The notes beneath the pieces are model-generated. The model had not been told where the DNA came from. It saw nothing but the letters and a program-made list of their open reading frames with translations, and did not search any database. A stretch of 64,000 nt of DNA, taken from the NCBI GenBank assembly GCA_036525795.1, contig DATCZS010000023.1:11596-75595 (forward strand). Reading direction: 5' to 3'. The translations under genes were made by a program, and so were the position numbers. This document shows positions 41,735 through 55,850 of the stretch, piece after piece. The stretch is from Acidimicrobiia bacterium. GTDB taxonomy: Bacteria; Actinomycetota; Acidimicrobiia; Spongiisociales; ZC4RG35. Numbering within the stretch: position 1 is the first letter of the stretch; each line of letters opens with the position of its first letter.

Positions 41735-44305
41735 GTGGTCAAGGCTCTCGTCATCGTCGAATCCCCCACAAAGGCCCGTTCGATCGGCCAGTTCCTGCGC
41801 GCCATCGGCACCGGGGACGACGTGCAGGTCGAGGCGTCGATGGGGCACATCCGCGATCTGCCCGGCTCCGCCAAGGATCTGCCCGAGCGCTACAAGAAGG
41901 AACCCTGGTCATACCTCGCGGTGAACGTCGAGGAGGACTTCCAGCCGATCTACGTGGTGTCCACCAAGTCCCGAGACCGCGTGAAGAAGCTGAAACAGCT
42001 CCTGGCCGACGCCGACGAGCTGTACCTCGCAACGGACGAGGATCGCGAAGGTGAGGCGATCGCCTGGCATCTCACCCAGGTGCTCAAGCCGAAGGTGCCG
42101 GTGAAGCGCATGGTGTTTCACGAGATCACCGAGTCGGCCATCCGCGAGGCCTTCGAGCATCCGCGCCAGCTCGACGACCGGCTCGTCGAGGCACAGGAGG
42201 CGCGCAGGGTGCTCGACCGCCTCGTCGGATACGACGTGTCGCGGGTGCTCTGGCTCAAGGTGAGCCGCGGCCTGTCCGCCGGTCGCGTCCAGTCGGTGGC
42301 GGTGCGCATCGTGGTGGAGCGCGAACGGGAGCGGATGGCCTTCCGGAACGCCTCCTACTGGGACATCGAAGGCACCTTTGAGGGGAGCTCGGTGCAATTC
42401 GGCGGGACCCTGGTGGCCGTCGACGGGACCAGAGTGGCAACCGGGAAGGACTTCTCTTCCACCGGTGAGGCGAACCCCTCGGCGATCGTGCTCGACGAGA
42501 CAGACGCCACCCGGCTCGCCGAGTCGCTCGAGTCCTCGTCGTTCTCGGTCAGATCGACCGACACCAAGCCCTACACCCGGCGGCCGTATCCGCCGTTCCG
42601 TACGTCCACCCTGCAACAGGAGGCCGGGCGCAAGCTCCGCTTCTCGGCACAGCGCACGATGTCTGTCGCCCAGCGGCTCTACGAGAACGGGTACATCACA
42701 TACATGCGAACCGACTCGGTGACGCTGTCCGAGTCGGCGACGAGCGCCGCCCGCAGCGCGATCCGCACACAGTATGGAGATGCGTACGTCCCCGAACATC
42801 CCCGGGTCTACTCCTCCAAGGCCAAGAACGCCCAGGAGGCCCACGAGGCGATCCGACCGGCGGGGGACCAGTGGAAGACCCCCGCCCAGGTGCAGGCAGC
42901 GCTGGGAGGCGACGAAGCCAGGCTCTACGAACTGGTGTGGAGGCGCACCCTCGCCAGTCAGATGCCAGACGCCCGCGGCGAGAGCATGTCCATCAGGCTG
43001 GCGGCCACTGCGGCTGACGGCCGCGACGCAGAATTCTCCGCCTCCGGCCGGGTGATCCACTTCCCCGGGTTCCTCAAGGTGTACGTCGAGTCTCTCGACG
43101 ATCCGGACGCCGAGGCCGACGACACCGAACGCCCCCTCCCCGCTCTCGGCGAAGGCGACGCGGTGACGGCGATCGCCCTCGAACCGCAAGGCCACGAGAC
43201 CCAGCCGCCGCGCAGATACACCGAGGCTTCGCTCGTCCAGCGGCTCGAGGAGCTCGGCGTCGGCCGCCCCTCCACCTACGCCTCGATCATGACGCGCATC
43301 CAGGACGCCGGATACATCTTCAAGCGTGGACAGGCACTGATTCCCACGTTCACCGCGTTCGCCGTCGTGACCCTGCTGGAGCAGAACTTCCCGAATCTGG
43401 TCGACTACGCCTTCACCGCTCGCATGGAAGACGACCTCGACCTCATCGCATCCGGGGAGGAAGACCGAGTTCCATGGCTCACGCGGTTCTACCTCGGCGA
43501 GACCGGGCTGAAGCAGACCATCGAGGACAAGCTGGGCGAGATCGATGCCCGGGCGGTCAACTCCATTCCGATCGGCACGGACGGGGAAGGACGCGACATC
43601 GTGGCGCGGGTCGGCCGGTACGGTCCGTACGTCGAGCGCAGCCCGGAAGAACGCGCATCGATTCCAGACGACGTCGCCCCGGACGAACTCACCGTGGTCC
43701 TGGCCGGTGAGCTCATCGAGACCCAGACCCGCGGCGACAAGATCCTCGGCACCGACCCCGAATCCGGACTGGTGGTGCTCGGTCGCACAGGGAGGTTCGG
43801 GCCATATGTACAGCTCGGCGAGGCGGACGAGGGGTCGAAAGACAAACCAAGGCGCGCCAGTCTCTTCAAGACGATGGAGCTCGACGCACTGAGCCTCGAT
43901 CAGGCGCTTCAGCTGCTGTCGCTCCCGAGAACGGTGGGAACCGATCCCGATGGGGTCGCGATCCTCGCTCTCAACGGCCGGTACGGCCCGTACATCCAGC
44001 GGGGCGACGACCGGCGCAGCCTGGAGAGCGAAGACCAACTGTTCACCCTGACCCTCGACGGGGCGCTCGAACTCCTCGCCCAGCCGCCCCGCCGTCGGGG
44101 ACGGCAGGCGGCCGGACCCCTTCGCGAACTGGGCCAAGACCCTGTGTCCAAGAAGGCCGTCACCGTACGCACCGGCCGCTACGGGCCGTATGTCACCGAC
44201 GGCGAGGTGAACGCCTCGCTTCGCAAGGGTGACGAACCCGAGACGATCACGCTCGAACGCGCCGGCGAGTTGCTCCAGGCGAGGCGGGACCGGCTCGGGA
44301 AGTGA
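41735..44305 (+). CDS. topA: DNA topoisomerase I
   Basis: Toprim (VIVESPTKA), catalytic Tyr region and a Lys/Arg-rich C-terminal domain. 856 aa. Confidence 0.9.
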   Translation: MVKALVIVESPTKARSIGQFLRAIGTGDDVQVEASMGHIRDLPGSAKDLPERYKKEPWSYLAVNVEEDFQPIYVVSTKSRDRVKKLKQLLADADELYLATDEDREGEAIAWHLTQVLKPKVPVKRMVFHEITESAIREAFEHPRQLDDRLVEAQEARRVLDRLVGYDVSRVLWLKVSRGLSAGRVQSVAVRIVVERERERMAFRNASYWDIEGTFEGSSVQFGGTLVAVDGTRVATGKDFSSTGEANPSAIVLDETDATRLAESLESSSFSVRSTDTKPYTRRPYPPFRTSTLQQEAGRKLRFSAQRTMSVAQRLYENGYITYMRTDSVTLSESATSAARSAIRTQYGDAYVPEHPRVYSSKAKNAQEAHEAIRPAGDQWKTPAQVQAALGGDEARLYELVWRRTLASQMPDARGESMSIRLAATAADGRDAEFSASGRVIHFPGFLKVYVESLDDPDAEADDTERPLPALGEGDAVTAIALEPQGHETQPPRRYTEASLVQRLEELGVGRPSTYASIMTRIQDAGYIFKRGQALIPTFTAFAVVTLLEQNFPNLVDYAFTARMEDDLDLIASGEEDRVPWLTRFYLGETGLKQTIEDKLGEIDARAVNSIPIGTDGEGRDIVARVGRYGPYVERSPEERASIPDDVAPDELTVVLAGELIETQTRGDKILGTDPESGLVVLGRTGRFGPYVQLGEADEGSKDKPRRASLFKTMELDALSLDQALQLLSLPRTVGTDPDGVAILALNGRYGPYIQRGDDRRSLESEDQLFTLTLDGALELLAQPPRRRGRQAAGPLRELGQDPVSKKAVTVRTGRYGPYVTDGEVNASLRKGDEPETITLERAGELLQARRDRLGK

Positions 44306-44365
44306 CCTTTCGCCCCCCTGGCCGCCACCGGTGCCCGGGTCGTCGGGGCTCCCGCGGCGCAGGCC

Positions 44366-45085
44366 TCAGTGGGCCCGAAGGTCGAGAACGGTTCCGTTCT
44401 CGACCGCCGGATCGTGGATGACCTTCCACAATCTCGCGGCGACATCGTCGGCGTCGGCCAGCTCTCCCTCCTCGTGCATGCGATGGAAGCGCTCGACACG
44501 GGGGAACCGTTCCGCCGGAGTTCGGCGGATGTGCTCCTGCATGGCGGTCGCCACCACGCCGGGGGCCACCGCCAGCACCTTCACCGGAACCGGCTGACGC
44601 ACCTGCTCGGCGCCCACGGTCCGCACCCATTGGTCGATCGCCGCCTTGCCGGCTCCGTATGACGACCAACCCTCGTACGCGGTCCGCGCCGCACCCGAAC
44701 TGAGCATCACGACGCATCCGGCGAGGCCATGGCGGTTCAGCACACCCACGAACGAGGCACCGAGCACCTGCGGCGCCGCCGAGTTGAGCAGCACATTCGC
44801 CCTGTAGGCGTCCGGATCGACGAGCCCGGCCGGGCCGATCGGGACCAGCGTGGCGGCGGCATGGATCAGGTCGACGTGCTCCCAATGCCCGCCGGTCGCA
44901 AGCTCCTCAATCCACTCCGCCACCACCGGCCAGGTCGCCGGATCGGCCAAGTCGGCGGTCAGAACTCGATCGGCGGACGACCCCCTGCGGCTCACCGCCG
45001 CCACCACCTCGCCTCTCGCCCGGGCTGCGTGTGCCACCGCCCGACCGATTCCCGCCGACGCACCGGTCACCACCGTGAGCCTCAT
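44366..45085 (-). CDS. SDR-family oxidoreductase
   Basis: TGASAGIG Rossmann motif and a YxxxK catalytic dyad region. Confidence 0.75.
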   Translation of the reverse strand: MRLTVVTGASAGIGRAVAHAARARGEVVAAVSRRGSSADRVLTADLADPATWPVVAEWIEELATGGHWEHVDLIHAAATLVPIGPAGLVDPDAYRANVLLNSAAPQVLGASFVGVLNRHGLAGCVVMLSSGAARTAYEGWSSYGAGKAAIDQWVRTVGAEQVRQPVPVKVLAVAPGVVATAMQEHIRRTPAERFPRVERFHRMHEEGELADADDVAARLWKVIHDPAVENGTVLDLRAH

Positions 45086-45166
45086 CTGCGCACCCTATCC
45101 GGCTCAGGCGACCATCGCCTCTGGTCGGCTCCCGAGCACCCGGAGACGATGAAACGGGAGGTGACC

Positions 45167-45673
45167 ATGAAGCGGCTGATGAAGTCCCTTCTCACCGCGC
45201 TCATCGTGCTGGCGGCCTTCGAACTGACCCTGGTGATCGTCTTCCGCCGCGGCAACGAAGAGACGATGAGAAAGATCGCCCGCTGGAACCGCCGGTACCT
45301 CAACCCGGCGATGCTCAGGATGGCGGGCCGGCCCAACTGGTACGCATCGTCGATCCACCACCTCGGGCGCACCACGGGGAACGCCCACGAAACCCCGGTG
45401 TGGGCGCACGAGGTGCCCGGCGGGTTCGTGGTACCGCTTCCGTATGGAACGGCGGTCGACTGGCTTCGCAACCTGGAGGCGGCCGGGGCGGGGTCGATGA
45501 TTCACAAAGGGAGCGTGTTCCGGCTCACCAACCCGACCGTGATCGACCGTCGAACCGCCTTCGCCCAGCTCGGGCGAAGGGAGCGAGTCCGCTACCGCAT
45601 CTTCGGCGTGACGCACTTCGCCCGCGTGGAGGTCGGAGAAGTGAAGACCGACGTGCTGGGGAAGACCGGCTAG
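45167..45673 (+). CDS. Deazaflavin (F420)-dependent nitroreductase-family protein (DUF385-like) with an N-terminal TM helix
   Basis: Start MKRLMKSLLTALIVLAAF after a gggagg SD. The C-terminal split-barrel resembles the DUF385 family. Confidence 0.45.
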   Translation: MKRLMKSLLTALIVLAAFELTLVIVFRRGNEETMRKIARWNRRYLNPAMLRMAGRPNWYASSIHHLGRTTGNAHETPVWAHEVPGGFVVPLPYGTAVDWLRNLEAAGAGSMIHKGSVFRLTNPTVIDRRTAFAQLGRRERVRYRIFGVTHFARVEVGEVKTDVLGKTG

Positions 45674-46308
45674 AGCTCGAGTCTCGCCGACTCGAAGTGA
45701 CCGAGTCCCAGGTAGGTGACGTTCGGCCCCAACGCCGAGGGTGCGACGTCGTCGACGAATGCCCGACCGGCGTCGCCCAGCGCCCAGTCGTGAATCGGAA
45801 CCACCCAGCGGGGCCCGAGGCGGTTGGCGAAGGCGATGGCATCGGTCATCGAACCCCAGGGCGGCATCATCGGCAGGGCGAGCACCGGCGCCGTGCGGTG
45901 CAGCCGGCGGCTGTCTCCCGGGTGGGTGAACCACCCTCCCACGTGGAAGGCCGTGTTCGGCGGTCCCTCCCCCAACGGCGTGGGCTCATGGGGCGCCTCG
46001 GTGGCTTCGATCCACGACCCGTTCTCGACGGTCACCGCCAGGCCGTGGGCGGAGAGCATCGCGCCCACCGCCGCATTCGTCTGGATCGGCACATCGGGAA
46101 AGCGCTCGGCCAGCGACGCCACGAACTCCGGATGACAGTGATCAGCGTGGGCGTGGGTGATGAGGATCCGGTCGAGCCACACGATGTCGTCGATCGAGAA
46201 GTCGGGGTGCCGCCACGTGTGAACCCCGGGGTCGATGAGGGCAGCGTGGTTGCCGTCGTCGACGATCACGCAGGAATCGGCCAGGCGACGGACGGTGACG
46301 GTCGGCAC
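45670..46308 (-). CDS. MBL-fold metallo-hydrolase
   Basis: HAHADH motif, and downstream His/Asp ligands. The start is uncertain: GTG at 46308 or the track start at 46458. Confidence 0.6.
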   Translation of the reverse strand: MPTVTVRRLADSCVIVDDGNHAALIDPGVHTWRHPDFSIDDIVWLDRILITHAHADHCHPEFVASLAERFPDVPIQTNAAVGAMLSAHGLAVTVENGSWIEATEAPHEPTPLGEGPPNTAFHVGGWFTHPGDSRRLHRTAPVLALPMMPPWGSMTDAIAFANRLGPRWVVPIHDWALGDAGRAFVDDVAPSALGPNVTYLGLGHFESARLEL

Positions 46309-46402
46309 GGTCGAAGGGTAGCGATCGGCGGTTTCCGCCTGCGATCCAGACGGCGGACGACGGGCTGCGGTATCGTCCCGGCCACTCGAACGAGGAGGGC
46401 CG

Positions 46403-50167
<3,765 letters not shown>

Positions 50168-50302
50168 GTATCCCCTGCGTTCGCGTTGGACGAACGACGG
50201 CCGGGTTGTGGTTCGAAGCGGCCGTGTTCGGTCAGGGTGACCTCGATCGGCGGTTCCGCAGACGCGATGAGGAACCTGGCCGCCGGACCGCGTCGACCTC
50301 GG

Positions 50303-50920
50303 TCAGAGGATCAGGTCGCGCACCAGCTGATCACCCTCCGGTATGAAACCCATGTGTTCGAGGTACCGGCGGTGGGCACCCGTCCCGGGATCGCTGATGA
50401 GACTGTGATATCCCCGAGCGGACAACTCCTCGGCCCTGTCGCGGTAGAAGAACCGCCCCAACCCGAGGTCCCGATACCCCGGGGTGGCGTAGTCGATCTC
50501 GACCCGCATCCTGGCTGCTCCGTCGTCGCTGCCCACGAACAACCCGACCGGCATCAGATCATCGAACACCAGCAGGCACAGATCGCCCGGGGAGGGCTCA
50601 TGGGGGTCGAAAAACGTCGCCATGTCGCTCGAATAGCGATCCATGAACCGGAGGAGGACCGGCGAGTCGTGCGGAACGGCCAGCACGCCGAACGCCTCCG
50701 AAACGAACAGCAGCCGGCGCAGGAACACGAGGTTGACCACGACGATCACCACGTTGGCGACCACCACCGGTACCGCGCCGATGAGGACGCCGTACACGAG
50801 GAACGCCACCGACCCGATCAGATTGACGACGCGCAGCCGCAACACCGAAGTCATCATCAGCGAGACGGCGATCAGGGCCGAGGCGGCGTATCCGAGGGCC
50901 TCGGCGGCGACGCCGCTCAT
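50303..50920 (-). CDS. Membrane protein with a C-terminal GNAT-like domain (hypothetical)
   Basis: Start MSGVAAEAL overlaps the PNPOx stop. Three TM helices, then a VEIDYATPGYRDLGLGRFF GNAT-like motif. Confidence 0.4.
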   Translation of the reverse strand: MSGVAAEALGYAASALIAVSLMMTSVLRLRVVNLIGSVAFLVYGVLIGAVPVVVANVVIVVVNLVFLRRLLFVSEAFGVLAVPHDSPVLLRFMDRYSSDMATFFDPHEPSPGDLCLLVFDDLMPVGLFVGSDDGAARMRVEIDYATPGYRDLGLGRFFYRDRAEELSARGYHSLISDPGTGAHRRYLEHMGFIPEGDQLVRDLIL

Positions 50921-51396
50921 GCCCCGAACCGGAGCCGGGTGACATCGTGGGGGAAGTCGAACCAGGCGAGCACCTTCAGCGGGGTGAACACGCCCAGCCC
51001 TCCCGCATCGGGGCCGCTCCACGCCTCGGCGGTTGGCCGATACCCCCGTTCCGCATACTTCCGGCCGAACGCATCCGACAGCCGCTGCGCCAGTTCGGGT
51101 TCGGGACTCGGACTGCGGGATGACCGGCCTTCGACGATGACCGCCTGGTCGCCGGACTCCAGGTGGAGGACGCAGCGGGGATCCCGTTCCAGATTGCGAG
51201 CATGGACGGTGTCCGGAGAGCCGTCGTAGAAGAACCGCCCGTCGACCCACACCCCCCAGCGGGGAACGACATGGGGTCGCCCGTCCGGCCGGGTGGTCGC
51301 CAGCCAGTAGGACGTCGCGTCGATCAGGCGATGCTCGACGGCCGGCCACTCGATCAACCCATCGAGATCGTCGGGTACGCCGTACCCCGCCGGCAT
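50917..51396 (-). CDS. Pyridoxamine 5'-phosphate oxidase-family (FMN/F420-binding split-barrel) protein
   Basis: Internal start MPAGYGV. WLATTRPDGRPHVVP...VDGRFFY split-barrel signature. Confidence 0.6.
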   Translation of the reverse strand: MPAGYGVPDDLDGLIEWPAVEHRLIDATSYWLATTRPDGRPHVVPRWGVWVDGRFFYDGSPDTVHARNLERDPRCVLHLESGDQAVIVEGRSSRSPSPEPELAQRLSDAFGRKYAERGYRPTAEAWSGPDAGGLGVFTPLKVLAWFDFPHDVTRLRFGA

Positions 51397-51521
51397 GCGG
51401 GGACGATCCAGGACCGGTCTGTCTGGCGGCACAGGAGGAAGGATACGGGGTTCGGACCCGCCCCGATCCCGAACCCCGGCTGGGGCGCCCGCGTCCCGCC
51501 TCGCCTGTAGCCTGATCGAAC

Positions 51522-53285
51522 ATGGCCGCACCGATCCGCATCGGAAACATCTCGGGCATGTTCGGCGATCGGCCGGATGCGCCCGAGCAGATGCTCGGCG
51601 ATCCCGAAGTCGAGGTCTTGACCGGTGACGGGCTCGCCGAGCTGACGATGCTGATCCGGGCTCGCACCCGGATGAAGCGCCCGGACGGCGGGTACGGGAG
51701 GACCTTCGTCCAGCAGATGGAGCGGGTGATGGGCACGTGCCTCGACCGCGACATCAAAGTGGTGGTCAACGCCGGCGGGTTGGATCCGCCCGGATGCGCC
51801 GACGCGCTCGACGCCCTGGCCGAACGGTTGGGCCTGTCGCCCAAGGTGGCCGCCGTGACGGGCGACGATCTCGCACCCCGCTTCGCCGACCTGGTGGCGG
51901 CCGGCCACGAATTCGTCAACGCCGACACCGGTGAGCCCCTCGGCGACAAGGCGGGGGCAGTGGTGGTCGCCAACGCCTACGTGGGCGGATGGGGTATCAC
52001 CGAAGCCCTCGCCAGTGGCGCAGACATCGTCGTCACGGGAAGGGTGACGGATGCCGCCCTGGTGGTCGGTCCGGCTGCCTGGCGCCATGGGTGGCGCCGC
52101 GACGACTGGGACAAGCTGGCAGGAGCGGTCGCCGCCGGACACGTGATCGAGTGCGGCCCGCAGGCGACGGGGGGCAACTACTCGTTCTTCACCGAGATCG
52201 AAGACCTGACCGTGCCTGCCTTCCCCTGGGCGGACGTCTTCGAGGACGGCAGCGCCGTCATCGGAAAACCCGACGGCACGGGGGGCGAGGTGTCGGTGGG
52301 AACCGTGACGAGCCAGCTCCTCTACGAAATCGGATCAGAGCGGTACCACAACCCCGATGTCACCACCCGTTTCGACTCACTCCACGTCGAGCCGATGGGG
52401 CGAGACCGCGTGCGGCTGTGGGGGGCGCGGGGCGAGCCGCCGCCCGAGACGCTCAAGGTGGCAACCGCCTACCCGGGCGGGTTCAGAAACTCGCTGATGA
52501 TCGGGCTGACGGGAATGCACACCGAGGAGAAGGCGGCCCTCGTGGAGTCACAGATCTGGGCCGCCTCCCCCTACCCGAAGGACGCCTACGACGCGGTGGT
52601 GGTCACCCACATCGGTGGCGAGCTCGCCAACCCCACGTCGAATGCGGCCGCCGTGTCCTATCTCGAGGTCGGGGTACAGGACATGGACGAGGCCAAGGTG
52701 GGGCGCGAGTGGTCCAATGCCATGGCATCGATCGCCCTCGGCTCGATCCCCGGCTTCTTCGGGGTGTGGCCCCCCGGACCCGCCAAGCCGTTCGCGGTCT
52801 ACTGGCCCACGACGATTCCACGGTCCGAGGTCCGACAGCGAGTGAGCATGGACGGCGAGACCGTCGAGGTGCCCGAGACCGAACCCGGCCCCTTCGTCCA
52901 GGCGGTCGTGCCGGCTGTGGAGATCCCTGCACCACCGTCTCACCCCGGGACCCTGCTCCTCCCCCTCGGCATGGTCCTCGGCGCCCGCTCGGGCGACAAA
53001 GGGGGCAACGCCAACCTCGGGGTGTTCGCCAGAGACGACCGCGCCCACGGCTGGATGCACCGGTTCCTCACGGTCGAAAAGCTCAAGGAGCTACTGCCCG
53101 ACATGCGGCCACGCCGCATCGAACGATACGACCTCCCCAACCTCCGAGCCGTCAACTTCGTGATCCACGGTCTGCTCGACCGGGGAGTCTCGTCTTCGCT
53201 GCGGGTCGACCCCCAGGCCAAGGGACTGGCCGAGTACCTCCGCGCCCAGCTGGTCGACATCCCGGCGGAACTGATCGATCGCTGA
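51522..53285 (+). CDS. Acyclic terpene utilisation AtuA-family protein (DUF1446 + C-terminal domain)
   Basis: 587 aa. N-terminal GNISGMFGDRPDA and GGLDPPGCADAL motifs are characteristic of the DUF1446/AtuA family. Confidence 0.6.
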   Translation: MAAPIRIGNISGMFGDRPDAPEQMLGDPEVEVLTGDGLAELTMLIRARTRMKRPDGGYGRTFVQQMERVMGTCLDRDIKVVVNAGGLDPPGCADALDALAERLGLSPKVAAVTGDDLAPRFADLVAAGHEFVNADTGEPLGDKAGAVVVANAYVGGWGITEALASGADIVVTGRVTDAALVVGPAAWRHGWRRDDWDKLAGAVAAGHVIECGPQATGGNYSFFTEIEDLTVPAFPWADVFEDGSAVIGKPDGTGGEVSVGTVTSQLLYEIGSERYHNPDVTTRFDSLHVEPMGRDRVRLWGARGEPPPETLKVATAYPGGFRNSLMIGLTGMHTEEKAALVESQIWAASPYPKDAYDAVVVTHIGGELANPTSNAAAVSYLEVGVQDMDEAKVGREWSNAMASIALGSIPGFFGVWPPGPAKPFAVYWPTTIPRSEVRQRVSMDGETVEVPETEPGPFVQAVVPAVEIPAPPSHPGTLLLPLGMVLGARSGDKGGNANLGVFARDDRAHGWMHRFLTVEKLKELLPDMRPRRIERYDLPNLRAVNFVIHGLLDRGVSSSLRVDPQAKGLAEYLRAQLVDIPAELIDR

Positions 53286-53316
53286 CGTCGGGGCCGCCGC
53301 GATTTCGGCGGCGAGG

Positions 53317-54108
53317 TCAGTGAAAGCGCGGGGGTCGCTTCTCGAGAAACGCAGCGACCCCCTCGGCAAACGCCGGGCGGCCGGCGAGCCGGCGCTGGAT
53401 GTCGCGTTCGCGGTCGAGGGTCTCGTCCAGCGTGGCGGTCCCCGCCTCGGACAGCGCCGCCCTGATGGCGGGAGCGATGTGGGGGTCGAGCCGGGCGAGC
53501 CGCTCCGCCACCCGGCCCACCTCGTCGACGAGTCGGATGTCCGGCACGGCCTTCCAGATGAGACCCCACTCGGCGGCCTGACGGGCCGGGATCCTCTCGC
53601 CCAGCAGCGACATTCCCCGCGCCCGGGCCGGCCCGACCAGATGGGTCAGGAACCACGTCGAGCCCACGTCGGGGATCGCGGCCAGCTGCGGCCCGAACAC
53701 CTCCACGAACGAGGCCGACTCGGCGGCGACCACCACGTCGCAGGCCAGCGCCAACCCGACTCCCCCGCCTGCGGCGACGCCGTTCACCGCGGCAATCGTC
53801 GGTTTGGGACACGCCAACAGGGCACGAACGATCGGGTTCCACCCGTGCTCGAGTATCCAGCCGACCGCCTCGCCCATCGGCAGTTCGCCGGGAGCCCACG
53901 CTCCGGCGGAGAGGTCGGCCCCCGCACAGAACCCTCTGCCCGCCCCCGTGAGGACGAGGACCCGCGCAGACGGGTCCGATCCGGCGTCTTCGATGGCTGC
54001 GAGCAGCTCTGTGAGCAGCGCGCGGTCGCCGGCGTTGAGCACCTCCGGGCGGCTCATGGTGATGGTGGTCACCCTCCCGGCGTCGACTCGAACCGCGGCC
54101 ACGGTCAA
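53317..54108 (-). CDS. Enoyl-CoA hydratase/isomerase-family protein
   Basis: Crotonase fold (GAGRGFCAGADL, oxyanion GG/G motifs). TTG start overlapping the upstream stop. Confidence 0.75.
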   Translation of the reverse strand: MTVAAVRVDAGRVTTITMSRPEVLNAGDRALLTELLAAIEDAGSDPSARVLVLTGAGRGFCAGADLSAGAWAPGELPMGEAVGWILEHGWNPIVRALLACPKPTIAAVNGVAAGGGVGLALACDVVVAAESASFVEVFGPQLAAIPDVGSTWFLTHLVGPARARGMSLLGERIPARQAAEWGLIWKAVPDIRLVDEVGRVAERLARLDPHIAPAIRAALSEAGTATLDETLDRERDIQRRLAGRPAFAEGVAAFLEKRPPRFH

Positions 54109-55133
54109 CCGGCCACGAGATCGGCGATCACCCGCAACAGCTCGGGCGGGCCCTGGACGATCATCGTCGAGATCACCGTCTCCTTCCACCGCGCCAGGTC
54201 GTCTGCCAGCTTGTCGACCGAGCCCACCAGTGCCACGTCCTCGACCATCTCGAGCGGGATCGACGCGATCGCCTCGTCCTTCCTCCCGGCGAGGTAGAGC
54301 TCCTGGATGCGATGGCATTCCGCCTCCCATCCCATCCGGGCAAACACCTCGAGGTGGAAGTTGGCGTCCTTCGCACCCATGCCGCCCACGTACAGCGCGA
54401 GCACCGGCCGGATCACCGACGCCGCGACTTCGGGATCGGGATGGACCACCGCCGGGACCATGCACACCACCTCGAAGGAGTCGGGCGTGCGGCGGGCACC
54501 CGGGCGTCCGAACCCTTCGGCGAGTGCCGCCCGATAGAAGCCGTCCGACTTGGGCGAGAACCACAGTGGAAGCCAGCCGTCTGCGATTTCTGCCGCCAGC
54601 GCCACGTTCTTGGGGCCCTCCGCCGCCAGATAGATCGGCAGGTCCGGGCGCAGAGGATGGATGGTCGACTTCAGCGGCTTGCCCAATCCCGTTCCTCCTG
54701 GATAGGGAAGGGTGTAGTGGGCTCCCGAGAACTCCACCCGCTCCTCGCGGGCGATGATCCGGCGGACGATCTCGACGTACTCGCGCGTCCGGGCCAGCGG
54801 ACGGGGATACGGCACCCCGTACCACCCCTCGACGACCTGTGGCCCCGACGCACCGAGACCGAGGATGAAGCGGCCGCCGGTCAGATGATCCATCGTCATG
54901 GCGGCCATGGCGGTCGCCGCAGGGGTTCTCGCCGACATCTGCATGATCGCGGTGCCGAGCTTCATCCTGGACGTTCTCGCACCCCACCACGCCAGGGGGG
55001 ACAGCGCGTCCGATCCGTAGGCCTCGGCGGTCCACATCGAATCGAAGCCCAGCTCCTCGGCGACCGCCACCTGCTCCTCCACCCCGACAGGAGGTCCGGC
55101 GCCCCAGTAGCCGACCGCAAGACCCAGATTCAT
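54105..55133 (-). CDS. LLM-class (luciferase-like) F420-dependent oxidoreductase
   Basis: Start MNLGLAVGYWG. TIM-barrel LLM motifs. Translationally coupled to the crotonase. Confidence 0.75.
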   Translation of the reverse strand: MNLGLAVGYWGAGPPVGVEEQVAVAEELGFDSMWTAEAYGSDALSPLAWWGARTSRMKLGTAIMQMSARTPAATAMAAMTMDHLTGGRFILGLGASGPQVVEGWYGVPYPRPLARTREYVEIVRRIIAREERVEFSGAHYTLPYPGGTGLGKPLKSTIHPLRPDLPIYLAAEGPKNVALAAEIADGWLPLWFSPKSDGFYRAALAEGFGRPGARRTPDSFEVVCMVPAVVHPDPEVAASVIRPVLALYVGGMGAKDANFHLEVFARMGWEAECHRIQELYLAGRKDEAIASIPLEMVEDVALVGSVDKLADDLARWKETVISTMIVQGPPELLRVIADLVAG

Positions 55134-55209
55134 CGAGAGCTCCTCATCGCCGGATTCGCCGACCATACCCCCGTCTCCCTCGCCGGCGATTGTGATGCCG
55201 GGTGATCCC

Positions 55210-55782
55210 TCAGCCCAGTCGACGGGCGAATGCGCCGATCCGCTGGGTGACGCGACCGAGCATCTCGATGGATCGTTCGGGCTCGCCGGGGACCTCGAGA
55301 GCGTGGTTGGCCCCGGCCAGCTGCAGGACTTCCATTCTTCGCAGCTGCATCGCCGCCCTCTGGCTCCAGGTCGGATCGCCTGTGGACCCAACCGCCAGTC
55401 CCGGCGCCTCGATCGCGCTCATTGCCGCCAGGACCGAGGGGTCGAGGAGCAGGGGCGTCAGCCACACGCCGGGAATCGAATGCTCGGCGGCGAGTGTCGC
55501 CACCGTGGTCGACATCGACTTCGCCACCAACAGCGGCCGGGCAGATCCGGCCCAGTCGAGGCCGGCCCTGGCGCGCTCGGAGACCCAGCTGACCATGTCA
55601 CCTTCGCGATATGTGTCGTCGATCGCGAGCACGGTCCACCCGGCGGCGCGCAGCGCCTCCGAGGCGAACCAGAACAGGGGTGCGGTGATCGGATAGACCC
55701 TGCCCGGCAGCAGGATCGCCACCCGCCCCGGATCCTCCCGAAACAGCTTCGCCTGGCACACCCCGAGATCGATCGGTTCCAT
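55210..55782 (-). CDS. Alpha/beta-hydrolase-fold protein (hypothetical)
   Basis: 190 aa with AKSMSTTVA, a nucleophile-elbow-like motif. No further assignment. Confidence 0.45.
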   Translation of the reverse strand: MEPIDLGVCQAKLFREDPGRVAILLPGRVYPITAPLFWFASEALRAAGWTVLAIDDTYREGDMVSWVSERARAGLDWAGSARPLLVAKSMSTTVATLAAEHSIPGVWLTPLLLDPSVLAAMSAIEAPGLAVGSTGDPTWSQRAAMQLRRMEVLQLAGANHALEVPGEPERSIEMLGRVTQRIGAFARRLG

Positions 55783-55850
55783 GGATACGAGCGTAGGACG
55801 GTCCGCGCCCCGCCGAGGGACCGGCGGTCGACCCCGGCGCAGGCGACCGA

